64,000 bases of DNA from Smithella sp. (GTDB taxonomy: Bacteria > Desulfobacterota > Syntrophia > Syntrophales > Smithellaceae), in NCBI GenBank assembly GCA_017993615.1, contig JAGOMJ010000004.1, positions 6,402-70,401 on the forward strand, written 5' to 3'. Shown in pieces: positions 8,004-18,200 of this stretch (the first letter of the stretch is position 1; the number at the start of each line of letters is the position of its first letter). The translations under genes and the position numbers were made by a program. The notes beneath the pieces were generated by a model. The model ran no database searches. It had not been told where the DNA came from and saw nothing but the letters and a program-made list of their open reading frames with translations.

Positions 8004-9014
8004 ATGATTAAAGAAGCAATCGAAAAAGCCACGATGAAAACGGATTTGCCGGAAGCGGAAATGATGGCCGCGATGGATGAAATCATGGAGGGAGTTGCTA
8101 CCCCCGCGCAAATAGCCTCGTTGATCACAGCGCTGCGCATGAAGGGAGAAACCGTGGAAGAAGTCTCGGGCGCAGCACGCATCATGCGCCAGAAAGCCAC
8201 TCGTATTAATGCCTGTTCTTCAACTATCATCGACACCTGCGGCACCGGCGGCGACAAGCTCAATACGTTCAATATTTCCACGACGGCGGCCTTTGTTGCA
8301 GCTGCGGCGGGACTGACCGTCGCCAAGCACGGCAACCGGGCCGTTTCCAGCGGCTGCGGCAGCGCCGATGTTCTGGAAGCGCTTGGCGTGAATATCAGCG
8401 CCGACCAGGAAATAGTTGAAGAATGTGTTCAGCAGATCGGCATCGGATTTCTATTTGCCCCCAAACTCCACGGCGCGATGAAATACGCCATCGGTCCGCG
8501 GCGGGAAATCGGCATTCGAACCATTTTTAATATGCTGGGCCCGCTGACCAACCCGGCGGGAGCTACAGCCCAGTTGCTTGGCGTTTACGATGCAAAACTT
8601 ACAGAAATGTTCGCGCATGTTTTAAAAAACATGGGTACAAAAAAAGCGTTTGTCGTTCACGGACTGGACGGACTGGACGAAGCCACCATTACCGGAGAGA
8701 CGCGTGTGGCCGAACTCCGTGACGGGATTGTCCGGACATATAATATTAATCCTGTTGATTACTTCGGACGGCTGGATTCCCTGGAATCCATTCGCGGCGG
8801 CGATCCTTCGGCCAATGCCCAAATTACCCGGGATGTGCTCTCAGGCAAAAACGGTCCCTGCCGTCATGTTGTCCTGCTGAATGCTGCCCTGGCGATTGTT
8901 GCCGGAGAAAAGGCGAAAGACATCAAGGAGGGGTTGGCGATTGCAACCGACTGCATTGACGGCGGCGCAGCCGTTAAAAAGCTGCAAGGACTGATCGAAA
9001 TGAGCAACAGTTAG
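8004..9014 (+). CDS. trpD: anthranilate phosphoribosyltransferase
   Basis: 336 aa. [17 protein letters not shown] and KHGNRAVSS motifs. Confidence 0.95.
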   Translation: MIKEAIEKATMKTDLPEAEMMAAMDEIMEGVATPAQIASLITALRMKGETVEEVSGAARIMRQKATRINACSSTIIDTCGTGGDKLNTFNISTTAAFVAAAAGLTVAKHGNRAVSSGCGSADVLEALGVNISADQEIVEECVQQIGIGFLFAPKLHGAMKYAIGPRREIGIRTIFNMLGPLTNPAGATAQLLGVYDAKLTEMFAHVLKNMGTKKAFVVHGLDGLDEATITGETRVAELRDGIVRTYNINPVDYFGRLDSLESIRGGDPSANAQITRDVLSGKNGPCRHVVLLNAALAIVAGEKAKDIKEGLAIATDCIDGGAAVKKLQGLIEMSNS

Positions 9015-9058
9015 CGATACTCGCTGAGCGCGAATGCAATGACGCGCGAAGCGTTAGC

Positions 9059-9079
9059 GGAACTATCCCAGGCGCAAAG
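9059..9079 (+). repeat. direct repeat copy 1 in the trpD-trpC spacer
   Basis: GGAACTATCCCAGGCGCAAAG shares an 11-nt perfect core ACTATCCCAGG and similar flanks with 9196-9217. Confidence 0.6.
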
Positions 9080-9195
9080 TAACCTGAAGGTCACTATAGG
9101 CACACTGAAACTTGCTGAACGTAAAAAGACTCGAATTCCAGAAACGTTGTGAACTGAAATTCGCAAATCGAATTATCCAATAACCAAAGGCTATT

Positions 9196-9217
9196 GGAAA
9201 CTATCCCAGGAGCAGAG
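9196..9217 (+). repeat. direct repeat copy 2, overlapping the trpC ribosome-binding site
   Basis: GGAAACTATCCCAGGAGCAGAG. Its AGGAG (9208-9212) sits 9 nt before the trpC GTG start at 9222. Confidence 0.6.
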
Positions 9218-9221
9218 CGAC

Positions 9222-9998
9222 GTGGAAATGCTCGACAAAATTATTGAAACAAAAAAAGAAGAAGTGGCGCAACTGAAAAAAGAAACAACAGAGGCGCAAC
9301 TGAAAAAAGAAATTGCCGGATTTGCCCCCTGCCGGGATTTCAAAAAGGCGTTAACGAGCAGCGACTGCAACATTATCGCGGAAGTCAAGTGCGCCTCACC
9401 ATCACGAGGCCGGCTGGTCACTGATTTCGATCCTTTGAGGATTGCGCGGATTTATGAACAAAATGGTGCGGCGGCGATTTCCATGCTCACCGATGAAAAG
9501 TATTTTTCCGGACACAAAAATTATCTGAAGCAAATAAGGCCAACCGTACAATTGCCGTTATTGCGGAAGGATTTTATTGTTGATCCCCTCCAGATTTTTG
9601 AGACGCGGATAATTGGAGCTGACGCTGTTTTGCTTATCGTACGGGTGTTAGGAGAAAAACTTGCTGATTTCATTTCGCTCTCCGGGGAAGTTGGCTTAAG
9701 CCAACTGGTGGAAGTCCACTCTCAGGAAGAACTGGATTTAGCGCTGGCCGCCGGCGCGGAGATTATCGGTATCAATAACCGCGATCTGGACACATTTATT
9801 ACGGATATCGAAACCAGCGTCAAACTCAAAAAGCGGATTCCGGAAAACAACCTTGTCGTGGCGGAAAGCGGCATCCGGAAAAGAAAAGATATTGAATTAT
9901 TGATCAAAGCGGGAATTAAGACCTTTTTAATCGGTGAGCATCTCGTCACGGCGCCGGACATCGGCAAGAAACTGCGCGAGTTGAAAGGAGAGAGCTGA
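9222..9998 (+). CDS. trpC: indole-3-glycerol phosphate synthase
   Basis: 258 aa. IAEVKCASPS motif and TIM-barrel pattern (NNRDL). GTG start. Confidence 0.93.
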   Translation: MEMLDKIIETKKEEVAQLKKETTEAQLKKEIAGFAPCRDFKKALTSSDCNIIAEVKCASPSRGRLVTDFDPLRIARIYEQNGAAAISMLTDEKYFSGHKNYLKQIRPTVQLPLLRKDFIVDPLQIFETRIIGADAVLLIVRVLGEKLADFISLSGEVGLSQLVEVHSQEELDLALAAGAEIIGINNRDLDTFITDIETSVKLKKRIPENNLVVAESGIRKRKDIELLIKAGIKTFLIGEHLVTAPDIGKKLRELKGES

Positions 9999-9999
9999 A

Positions 10000-10662
10000 G
10001 TGACTCAAGTAAAAATCTGCGGCATAGCCAGTAAAGGAGATGCTTTCGCTGCAGTAAATTGCGGCGCGGATGCGTTGGGCTTTATTTTTTATCCGCCCTC
10101 GCCCCGCTATATAAAACCGGATGATGCAGAAAAAATTATCCGTGTTTTGCCGGATAAGGTTGTGAAGGTGGGAGTATTCGTGAATGAACAACCGAAAAAT
10201 ATAAAAAAGCTGGTCGAAACCTGCGGACTCGATATGATTCAACTGCACGGAGACGAATCGCCCGACGATTGCCGTCTTTTCCCGTCGCAGGTATTGATTA
10301 AGGCGGTTGAGTTAAAGAACGAATTTGATTTAACCCCCGCCTGCGCCTATCCTGTGGCGGCCATCCTGGTGGACAACCGTCATGCCGGACGTTACGGCGG
10401 CACCGGTAAAAAATCCAACTGGGACTTGGCCGCTGGCCTCAGGGGTAAAATACCGCTGATTTTATCCGGAGGACTCAACGCCGAAAATGTTGCCGACGCT
10501 TTGAAAACAGTCACTCCGGACGCTTTGGACATCAACAGCGGAGTGGAAGCATCGCCGGGGAAAAAAGATCATCAGAAGCTGGCCCGTATCTTTGACACCA
10601 TCCGGGCCTTCGATACAAAGCATGAAAATTTTCAATCCATTTTTAAAAAGAGGGACACATGA
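10000..10662 (+). CDS. trpF: phosphoribosylanthranilate isomerase
   Basis: 220 aa beginning (M)[11 protein letters not shown] start 1 nt after the trpC stop. Confidence 0.92.
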   Translation: MTQVKICGIASKGDAFAAVNCGADALGFIFYPPSPRYIKPDDAEKIIRVLPDKVVKVGVFVNEQPKNIKKLVETCGLDMIQLHGDESPDDCRLFPSQVLIKAVELKNEFDLTPACAYPVAAILVDNRHAGRYGGTGKKSNWDLAAGLRGKIPLILSGGLNAENVADALKTVTPDALDINSGVEASPGKKDHQKLARIFDTIRAFDTKHENFQSIFKKRDT

Positions 10663-11852
10663 AGAATACATTGCCTGACAAAAACGGCCATTTCGGCATT
10701 TTCGGCGGACGCTATGCTGCCGAGACGCTGATGCCCGCATTAATCGAGCTGGAAAAGGCTTACAAAATCGCACAAAAGGACAGGGGCTTCGAGAAAGAGT
10801 TTGAATGGTATCAGAGGGAATATGCCGGACGCGTCACGCCACTTTACTGCGCAAGAAGAATGTCGGAATCTTTACGCGGCGCGAAAATTTACCTGAAGCG
10901 CGAAGATCTGAACCATACCGGCTCCCATAAGATAAACAATACGCTGGGGCAGGCGCTGCTGGCGCGCCGGATGGGCAAGAAGAAAGTCATCGCGGAAACC
11001 GGCGCGGGACAGCACGGTGTCGCCACGGCGACAGTCGCGGCGCTCTTCGGAATGGAATGCAAAATATTTATGGGCGAAGAGGACATCCGCCGGCAGGCGC
11101 CCAATGTTTTCCGGATGAAGACCCTGGGCGCGGAAGTCGTGCCGGTGAAAAGCGGCACCGCCACGCTTAAAGACGCGATGAACGAAGCCATGCGCTACTG
11201 GGTATCTTCAGTGCGTGACACATTTTACGTGATCGGCACAACGGCCGGGCCGCATCCTTATCCGGGGATGGTACGCGATTTTCAGTCGGTCATCGGCAAA
11301 GAAACGAAAAGGCAAATCATGAAATTCGAAGGCCGATATCCCGACGTGATGATCGCCTGCGTGGGGGGCGGCAGCAACGCCATGGGCACTTTCTACCCTT
11401 TCCGTAATGAAAAAAATATTGCCATGTATGGCGTGGAAGCGGCAGGTCATGGCATGAATACGTCTGAACATTCGGCCAGCATCAATGGCGGCAAAGCCGG
11501 CGTTCTGCATGGAAATAAAACCTATCTCCTTCAGGACGCACATGGACAGGTGCGCGATGCCTATTCCATTGCCGCCGGCCTGGATTATCCCGGTGTGGGT
11601 CCCGAGCATGCCTATTTTCATGCTACGAAAAAAGTCAAATACGTAACGATAACGGATAAGGAAGCGATTAAGGCTTTTTCATTTTTGTCGCTGAAGGAAG
11701 GCATTATTCCCGCGCTGGAGAGCGCGCATGCGATCGCCTACGCGATGAAACTGGCGCCCAAAATGACTAAGAATAAAATTATTGTGATTTGTCTGTCGGG
11801 GCGCGGCGACAAGGACGCTCAGACGATTATCGAGAAGGGGGTTATGGGCTGA
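10659..11852 (+). CDS. trpB: tryptophan synthase beta chain
   Basis: 397 aa. PLP-lysine motif HTGSHKINN and GGGSNAMG. 4-nt overlap with trpF. Confidence 0.96.
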   Translation: MKNTLPDKNGHFGIFGGRYAAETLMPALIELEKAYKIAQKDRGFEKEFEWYQREYAGRVTPLYCARRMSESLRGAKIYLKREDLNHTGSHKINNTLGQALLARRMGKKKVIAETGAGQHGVATATVAALFGMECKIFMGEEDIRRQAPNVFRMKTLGAEVVPVKSGTATLKDAMNEAMRYWVSSVRDTFYVIGTTAGPHPYPGMVRDFQSVIGKETKRQIMKFEGRYPDVMIACVGGGSNAMGTFYPFRNEKNIAMYGVEAAGHGMNTSEHSASINGGKAGVLHGNKTYLLQDAHGQVRDAYSIAAGLDYPGVGPEHAYFHATKKVKYVTITDKEAIKAFSFLSLKEGIIPALESAHAIAYAMKLAPKMTKNKIIVICLSGRGDKDAQTIIEKGVMG

Positions 11853-12646
11853 TGAAACCAATTGAAAATAAATTTTCGGAATTACGCGCCAGAAATGAAA
11901 AGGCACTGATTGTTTATTTAACGGCAGGCGATCCGTCGCTTGATATTACAAAGCAACTAATCTTTGCTCTGGAAAAATCCGGAGTGGACATCCTGGAAAT
12001 CGGCGTACCTTTCTCCGATCCCACGGCCGACGGGCCGGTTATTCAGGCGGCGGCTCAACGCTCGCTCAAAGCCGGGACGACTTTGAAAGGTGTGCTGAAA
12101 ATGGTTGCCGACGTGCGCAAGACCTCCGATATTCCGATTGTCCTTTTCGGTTACTTCAATCCCATCTTTGCCTACGGTGTGAAAAACTTTGCTCAAGCTG
12201 CCCGGCATGCGGGCGTGAACGGCGTGCTGGTTGTTGATCTGCCCTATGAAGAAGCAAAGGAGCTCCGAGATTACACGGATGCTGTCGGTATGGATTTTAT
12301 TTCTCTCATCGCTCCCACCACGGATAAAGAAAGATTAAAAAAGATTGCCTCGAAAGCTTCAGGATTTCTCTACTACATTTCCATCACCGGGATCACGGGC
12401 ACAGCCGCGCCAAAGATCGGCAATATCAAAACGGAAGTGAGCAAAATCCGTAAAATAACTAAATTGCCGATAGCCGTCGGTTTCGGAATATCCCGACCCG
12501 AACAGGCGCGAGAAATTGGACGTTTTGCCGACGGTGTTGTCATCGGAAGCGCGGTTATACGTCTGATTGACGAAAACAAAAATAACGGCGACTTGTCAAA
12601 GATTCTTTCCGATTACATCAGCAACATTAAAAAAGAATTACGATAA
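11852..12646 (+). CDS. trpA: tryptophan synthase alpha chain
   Basis: Start placed at the ATG overlapping the trpB stop (TGATG), giving [12 protein letters not shown].... GVPFSDPTADGPVIQ motif. The longer listed ORF from 11789 overlaps trpB and is unlikely. Confidence 0.93.
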   Translation: MKPIENKFSELRARNEKALIVYLTAGDPSLDITKQLIFALEKSGVDILEIGVPFSDPTADGPVIQAAAQRSLKAGTTLKGVLKMVADVRKTSDIPIVLFGYFNPIFAYGVKNFAQAARHAGVNGVLVVDLPYEEAKELRDYTDAVGMDFISLIAPTTDKERLKKIASKASGFLYYISITGITGTAAPKIGNIKTEVSKIRKITKLPIAVGFGISRPEQAREIGRFADGVVIGSAVIRLIDENKNNGDLSKILSDYISNIKKELR

Positions 12647-12737
12647 TGAAAGCAGATTGATCTCATCAGTTTTTTCTTGTTTTTCATGTAATAAAATATT
12701 ACGAATTTGCACGTTAATTTAATTTCGATCTTTTCCG

Positions 12738-14609
12738 TTGAGCAAAGCATTGAGAGGGTTGCTTTTGAAAAATCCCCATCTAAAAATTCTTTTTCTGAAA
12801 TGGCTGCCACCGAAACATGTCATGAAATTAACGCTGGTCTGGTTCTTACAGGCAACGGCAGTTATCGGATATGTCAACTATACATATGATGGATATTTCA
12901 TGCGCTTGTTCATGCATTGGATCATTGTGTGCTTGCTGTTGATCGTATTAATGATTCCGTTTGACTTAAAATCTTTCAAAATTGTTCCTTCCGTCGTCAG
13001 GCGAATTACCCTGGTGCTCATTCTGAGCTTTGTTCATTATTTCCTGCTTTGTTTTTACGTTATGACCATATTGGGCTATAAAAGCTGGAGCGGTCCTTTT
13101 ACGTTTGAATTATTGAGCGCCTATTCGGGACATATCGATGTGCTGCTGAATATTTACGGATTGTCTGTTGAAGCGGCGATCATTATTTTCTTATTTATAT
13201 GGCTGTTAATATTCGCAGGATATTACTATTACAGCGGTGTTGCGGCGGAAGAATTTACCGCAAATGAAAATGACGCAACACAACCTCATTCCCGATGGCC
13301 GGTTCTGGTCTTATTCCTCGTGATGATATTTGCAATCGTGTATTCAAACAGTTACAAAAGCTGGCAAATGAGCGAACCTTTGCACATCGCCTGGCTTAAC
13401 GGGCATGGTTGTTTGAGACAAGCTCCGCAGGGAATATTCAACAAACGTCCTTTGTCCGGAGAAAAACAGTCAACAACATCAGCGGAGCCGTATGAAGGAA
13501 TAACTCCCCGGCCGCTTGTGCTTATCACAGTCGATGCATTGCGCAGCGATCAAATGGGTGTGTATGGGGCTCCCCGGGAAACCACGCCTTTCCTCTCGCA
13601 CTTATGGCGCGGAGGAAAACTTCGTCGAATCGATAATGCATATTCAATTTGCACCACGTCGTTTTGCGGCATGATAGGCATATTGTCGTCCAAATACTGG
13701 CACCAGTTAAACGAGCCCCCTGTGAATCTGGCCGATGTGCTCAAAAAGTACAATTATCGTAACAGCTTTCTTTTAAGCGGCGACACGACGAATTTTTTCG
13801 GTTTACGCCAGGTCTTGGGTTCCCATATTGATCTTTTTTGCGACGGATCCATTGAACCGAAAAAATATGCAAACGATGATCGATCCGTTTTAGGCTGGTT
13901 GCAAACATACAACTGGAAATCGGCGGACCGTACGTTTCTTTATATTCATCTGATGTCCGCACACATCATCGGTTTGCGCGATCCGCGTTTCAAAAAATGG
14001 CTGCCTGACAAAGAATGGGATATTCCAAAACTATTTTATTCGCAGCGCGCGTATCAAAACAATTATCATAATGGTGTTCTTCAGGCTGACAACACGATCA
14101 GACAAATTTTCGAGATTCTGGATCGGGAAGGTATGTTACAACGCGCATTAATCGTCATTACTGCCGATCATGGTGAGTTCCTTGGAGAATTCGATAATTT
14201 CGGTCATGGTTTCGAGCCTTTCGAACCCATGGTGCGTATCCCCATGCTAGTCTATGATGGACTGCAATCCAACTATCCTGAACGCTCGCTGTCCAGCCAA
14301 GTTGATGTTGCCCCTACCATGTTATATGCAATTGGCGCCGCAATACCAAAAGATTGGTCGGGCATTCCTTTTCAACTTGCAGCGCCGCGCAAGGCGGTTT
14401 ACACCGCCTGTTATGACGTTTCAGGCGTCGTGGCTGATATCGGCGGACAACGTTTTAAGTTTTTGCAAAAACGGAAAGGCGGCAAGGAAATGCTTTTCGA
14501 CCTGGATACACAAAAGGCAGAATCTATCAATCTTGCCGCAAAACCGGACATGCGAAAAATTCTTGCGTCGATGCGGGAGCTTAATCAATTAACGCAAAAA
14601 TCAAAATAG
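12738..14609 (+). CDS. membrane-anchored alkaline-phosphatase-superfamily transferase (sulfatase/EptA-like)
   Basis: N-terminal ~200 aa multi-TM region, then a catalytic domain: LITVDALRSDQ, a Thr-containing stretch ICTTSFCGMIGILSS resembling phosphoethanolamine-transferase nucleophile regions, HLMSAH, ITADHGE. Start uncertain (listed TTG at 12738; an ATG at 12822 is an alternative). Confidence 0.7.
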   Translation: MSKALRGLLLKNPHLKILFLKWLPPKHVMKLTLVWFLQATAVIGYVNYTYDGYFMRLFMHWIIVCLLLIVLMIPFDLKSFKIVPSVVRRITLVLILSFVHYFLLCFYVMTILGYKSWSGPFTFELLSAYSGHIDVLLNIYGLSVEAAIIIFLFIWLLIFAGYYYYSGVAAEEFTANENDATQPHSRWPVLVLFLVMIFAIVYSNSYKSWQMSEPLHIAWLNGHGCLRQAPQGIFNKRPLSGEKQSTTSAEPYEGITPRPLVLITVDALRSDQMGVYGAPRETTPFLSHLWRGGKLRRIDNAYSICTTSFCGMIGILSSKYWHQLNEPPVNLADVLKKYNYRNSFLLSGDTTNFFGLRQVLGSHIDLFCDGSIEPKKYANDDRSVLGWLQTYNWKSADRTFLYIHLMSAHIIGLRDPRFKKWLPDKEWDIPKLFYSQRAYQNNYHNGVLQADNTIRQIFEILDREGMLQRALIVITADHGEFLGEFDNFGHGFEPFEPMVRIPMLVYDGLQSNYPERSLSSQVDVAPTMLYAIGAAIPKDWSGIPFQLAAPRKAVYTACYDVSGVVADIGGQRFKFLQKRKGGKEMLFDLDTQKAESINLAAKPDMRKILASMRELNQLTQKSK

Positions 14610-14611
14610 CG

Positions 14612-15124
14612 ATGATGCAAAAAACAAAATGGTTTATGGCAAGATTTATTTTTTTAACAGCGGCAATGGGAACTGCGCTGTCGGGCGGTCTGCTAGGCTA
14701 TGTTTTGTGCCCTCTGTTCTCATGGTACTTTTTTAAAGACCTAAATTTTATAAAATATCATCACTATATCATCCGCCTTGTTTTTGCTTTTTGGCGTCAG
14801 GTTGTCGAACTGCTCTATAATCCGGATTACCGGGAAATGTTTTACATCCCATGGACAGATCCACCAATCAATGCTCCCGATCCCAAACGTGTTCGTGTCC
14901 GCGCACTGTGGCAGCATAGTGATAAAGGTTGCGGGTTGTGCAACAATTGCTGCACAAGAAGAGCGTGTCCCCTTCATGATATGAAACACAATCAATGCAA
15001 AAGTTATGGTTCTTTTTTCTGGCGTTATTTCAATTGCGGACGTTATCCGGAAAACACCAAACAAATTCATTATTACGAGTGCAAAAAATGGGAAAGGTAT
15101 AACTGCCTGAGCGAAAACGAATAA
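14612..15124 (+). CDS. YkgJ-family Cys-rich zinc/iron-chelating domain protein with N-terminal TM helix
   Basis: CxxCxxCC signature (CGLCNNCC) plus further Cys (CPLHD, CKSYG, FNCGRYP). Starts 2 nt after the upstream stop. Confidence 0.6.
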   Translation: MMQKTKWFMARFIFLTAAMGTALSGGLLGYVLCPLFSWYFFKDLNFIKYHHYIIRLVFAFWRQVVELLYNPDYREMFYIPWTDPPINAPDPKRVRVRALWQHSDKGCGLCNNCCTRRACPLHDMKHNQCKSYGSFFWRYFNCGRYPENTKQIHYYECKKWERYNCLSENE

Positions 15125-15188
15125 AAAATGTTATTAATATTTAATATGAATCACTTCCGGGATATTTCGCAGGCGCAATGCCGGAAAA

Positions 15189-16031
15189 TTAATCGCTCTT
15201 ATCGGGCCAGGAATACGCGGGCGGACGATTCTCAAAAACCGCTCCGTCCGGCATAACTTCCACGTCTTTGCCGTCGATCCGTTTGATTTTAGTCAGTATG
15301 GCCGGTACATTGCGTTTCCGGACGCGCGCAATCACTTCCGCCACCGTTTTGCAATTTTTGATATTCTCGAGGGTCATGATCTGCGGCAAAACCATATCCA
15401 GCCGGCCCTGCTCATATTGCCTTATCGCCTCAGCGGGACGAACCCAGACATGATCGGTCAATTCGACGCCGTCATGAATGACGGCCTGATCGGACGGAAT
15501 TTCCGTCACAAAAAAACGAACATCATAGCGTTGGGGAAAAGGTTCCGGTGTAATCCAGTGCGAAAAATAATAAAGTCTGTCCAGAGGCAGAAGAAGCTCT
15601 TCGGTTGCCAGCATTTCAATAAAACGCATTTTACCGCTGATGAGCGCTTTGCGGTGATCGCAAAAGCGCTGCCGTTCATTTTCCGCTCTAATCGTCACGG
15701 GTGAACCGTCTTTTTTCTGCGCCAGCAAAATGCCCACCTCTTCAAATGTTTCGCGGATACCGGCCACCCATGCCCCGAGCGCCTGCTCCGGGTAACGCAT
15801 GTCGGACAGGATTTTGGACGCGGCAAGACGATCCATGCCCACAATGAAACGTTCCATGCCGTCGGCAAAATCATCATTTTCCAGACCTCCGCCGGGGAAA
15901 ACATAATACCCCGGCACAAAACTGCTTTTGCGGTTTCGTAAAACCATCAGAACTTCAATGCCTCTTACCGAAGCATCCGGACAGGAACGTAGGAGCACGA
16001 CGGTCGAAGCATCGGCGGGAATAACTTTCAT
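15189..16031 (-). CDS. NUDIX-family hydrolase
   Basis: 280 aa. Nudix-box elements FPGGGLE ... GIRETFEEVGI with an insertion between them. Confidence 0.65.
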   Translation of the reverse strand: MKVIPADASTVVLLRSCPDASVRGIEVLMVLRNRKSSFVPGYYVFPGGGLENDDFADGMERFIVGMDRLAASKILSDMRYPEQALGAWVAGIRETFEEVGILLAQKKDGSPVTIRAENERQRFCDHRKALISGKMRFIEMLATEELLLPLDRLYYFSHWITPEPFPQRYDVRFFVTEIPSDQAVIHDGVELTDHVWVRPAEAIRQYEQGRLDMVLPQIMTLENIKNCKTVAEVIARVRKRNVPAILTKIKRIDGKDVEVMPDGAVFENRPPAYSWPDKSD

Positions 16032-16110
16032 ATTTTAACACCTTTGAAAAGGACAACCGGTTCCTCGTTACAAATTGAACACAGGGGCCGCTGTACTTTT
16101 GTCTCTTTTT

Positions 16111-17625
16111 TTATTTGCCCGATTGAATGGGATCCCAGTCGTAACCCCAGATGGAACTGCCCATGGGCATTTTGTAACTGCGCCGATCCGAATAAGACGG
16201 ATAGCGCCGGTTGCCGCCTTCTTCCGGCAGGAAATTCGCGGGAAACTGCGGTGGCATCAGGCCGTGCCGCCGGGCTTCCTTCTCCAGCCACGCGCGGTCG
16301 TCGGGATGCGCGATTGAAATCAGCGCGCGGGCGCGTTCGTAGCCGTTGAGGCCCCGAAGATTGACCATGCCGTATTCCGTGCAGACGTATTGGGCAAACT
16401 GTGCGGGCACGTCCACCACCGATCCTTCCGGCAGGAAGGGAACAATGCGCGGCGTGTTGTGTTTGCTGCACGACGTCATGGCCGCAACACTGCGACCGCC
16501 TTTGGACTGGGCTGCAAAAATGATGAACTGGAAAAATCCACCCGTGCCGGAAATGGGACGCTTGCCGTAAAACGAACAGGTCATTTGACCCAGCAAATTC
16601 ACGGCAACGGTGTTGTTGATGGCGATCATGTTGTCGACGCGACGCAGCACATCGAGATTATTGGTGTAATCGATATCGTAAACCGCCAGCGCTTGATTGC
16701 GGTGTACGGTTTCGTAATACCACTTCACATCCACGGGAAAAGCGAACGTCCAGACGCTCTTGCCCTGATCCAGCCTCTTGTACGCGTTGGTCACCTGCCC
16801 CGATTCGATCATTTTAATCAGACCGTAATTGAGCATTTCCGTATGGATGCCCAGATCTTTGAAACCCGCGTCCGCCATGGCGGCCACGCACGCCGAGGGA
16901 AGCGATCCGATGCCCAGTTGCACGACATCGCGGTCGCGCATGATGGTCATGATGTGGCCGGCGATTTCCTGTTCCATCGGCCTTGCGACAATGCCCTTTT
17001 CATTCATCTGCGGCCACTTGTATTTTTCGCAGTCCACCTCCACCCAGTAATCGATATCGTCAATGTGAATGGTATTGAAACGGCAACCTTTCGCCCAGGG
17101 GTAATCGGCTCTGACTTCAAAAACGATTTTCTTTGCCGTCTGCTTGAAGATGTTGCTGCTGTTGGTCCCATAGGACATGTTGAAATAACCGTGATTGTCC
17201 GGTGCGGTCGCCGCGTTAAACCACCAGTCGATACCGCGGTTTTTCCGCTCGCCGTTGGCGAACCGGTAATGATGCGCCCAGATGCCGCCCGCCCAGCCCC
17301 ACGGCGTCCAGCTGGTTACGTCGTTATCCTCCCGCGCCTTGCGGTTCCAGGGGAAAAAGAAATGTTCATGCACGCAGTGGTACTGCTGCATCGGATCGAT
17401 CTCCTGCAATTCCGGATGCGGATAAAAGTTGCCGGCAAGCCAGAACTCGATGTCGTGAAGATCGCTTTTCCCTCCGCCCAGACGCTTGGCGACCGCTTCG
17501 GTGCAGGCAGTGGAATCACCGCCGACCGCGCCGTGATTAATCCAATCGCCGGACTTGACCATTTCGGCAATCTGCTTGGCTGTTCTTTTTTTATCTCGGA
17601 TCTTCTGCTGTATCGGTGTCGTCAT
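16111..17625 (-). CDS. acetyl-CoA hydrolase/transferase-family CoA-transferase
   Basis: 504 aa. Family-typical glycine motif region SGTGGFFQF and overall 4-hydroxybutyrate / butyryl-CoA:acetate CoA-transferase-like pattern. Confidence 0.75.
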   Translation of the reverse strand: MTTPIQQKIRDKKRTAKQIAEMVKSGDWINHGAVGGDSTACTEAVAKRLGGGKSDLHDIEFWLAGNFYPHPELQEIDPMQQYHCVHEHFFFPWNRKAREDNDVTSWTPWGWAGGIWAHHYRFANGERKNRGIDWWFNAATAPDNHGYFNMSYGTNSSNIFKQTAKKIVFEVRADYPWAKGCRFNTIHIDDIDYWVEVDCEKYKWPQMNEKGIVARPMEQEIAGHIMTIMRDRDVVQLGIGSLPSACVAAMADAGFKDLGIHTEMLNYGLIKMIESGQVTNAYKRLDQGKSVWTFAFPVDVKWYYETVHRNQALAVYDIDYTNNLDVLRRVDNMIAINNTVAVNLLGQMTCSFYGKRPISGTGGFFQFIIFAAQSKGGRSVAAMTSCSKHNTPRIVPFLPEGSVVDVPAQFAQYVCTEYGMVNLRGLNGYERARALISIAHPDDRAWLEKEARRHGLMPPQFPANFLPEEGGNRRYPSYSDRRSYKMPMGSSIWGYDWDPIQSGK

Positions 17626-17889
17626 AGCCTTCTCTCTTACTTTATTTACACTGCCATTTAATCTTGCAATGTCTCCATCAACCGGCTCAGGGTGCAGACA
17701 TTCAACACCAAGAAGGTCATTGAGCCTTTTTTATAATATAAATAACAAGTTGGCGGAAAGTCTTACACTAGCCACGGAATTTTAGCAAGACGATTCAGCC
17801 TGATTACTTCATTATTGATGAACGGACGTGACGACTGACCTCCCGGCGTGGTGGCATCTTGCAAACATTGAACTTCAGATCAAGGAATA

Positions 17890-18087
17890 TCATTTCTGAC
17901 TTCTGCAAATATCATATAACAGATTGCATTTCTGCTCGCAGGCCTGTTTCACTCCGATGGTTGACGGACAATCATAATTGCATACTGTCTGATCGATCTT
18001 GCATTTCGCTTCGGTGCACGACAGACAGAACATTGCCAGCATCGTGAATAATACGATTGTGACCGTTTTACAGATTCTGTAATGCAT
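17890..18087 (-). CDS. small secreted Cys-rich protein (65 aa)
   Basis: MHYRICKTVTIVLFTMLAMFCLSC signal-like N-terminus, then a ~42-aa region with 7 Cys (CTEAKCKIDQTVCNYDCPSTIGVKQACEQKCNLLYDIC). Start chosen at the ATG 7 nt after GGAGG. Confidence 0.45.
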   Translation of the reverse strand: MHYRICKTVTIVLFTMLAMFCLSCTEAKCKIDQTVCNYDCPSTIGVKQACEQKCNLLYDICRSQK

Positions 18088-18200
18088 ATTCATTCCTCCT
18101 TCCATGACGTCTGTGTGAAGTATAACAAAAAAGATGCAAAAGGGGTAATTCGGAATTGCTGTCCCGAATTACCCCCTCATTGTTCACACAATTTTTTAGG

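Noticed and set aside
9015-9152. The reading frame of trpD stays open for 45 codons past its TAG stop (RYSLSANAMTREALAELSQAQSNLKVTIGTLKLAERKKTRIPETL)
   Set aside because: A 45-codon open stretch has roughly a 10 percent chance of occurring at random. There is no RBS for the internal ATG, no recognisable domain and no evidence for readthrough. It is kept only as context for the spacer finding.
16390-17661. 423-aa plus-strand ORF, plus several shorter ones, antisense to the CoA-transferase gene
   Set aside because: The minus-strand ORF has clear CoA-transferase family features. The antisense product is Arg/Gly/His/Val-rich low-complexity sequence with no motifs. This is typical of a shadow ORF in a GC-richer gene.
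17852-17863. TGGCATCTTGCA resembling a sigma-54 promoter (TGGCAC-N5-TTGCA)
   Set aside because: The GG and GC elements are only 8 nt apart instead of 12, so it does not fit the -24/-12 geometry.
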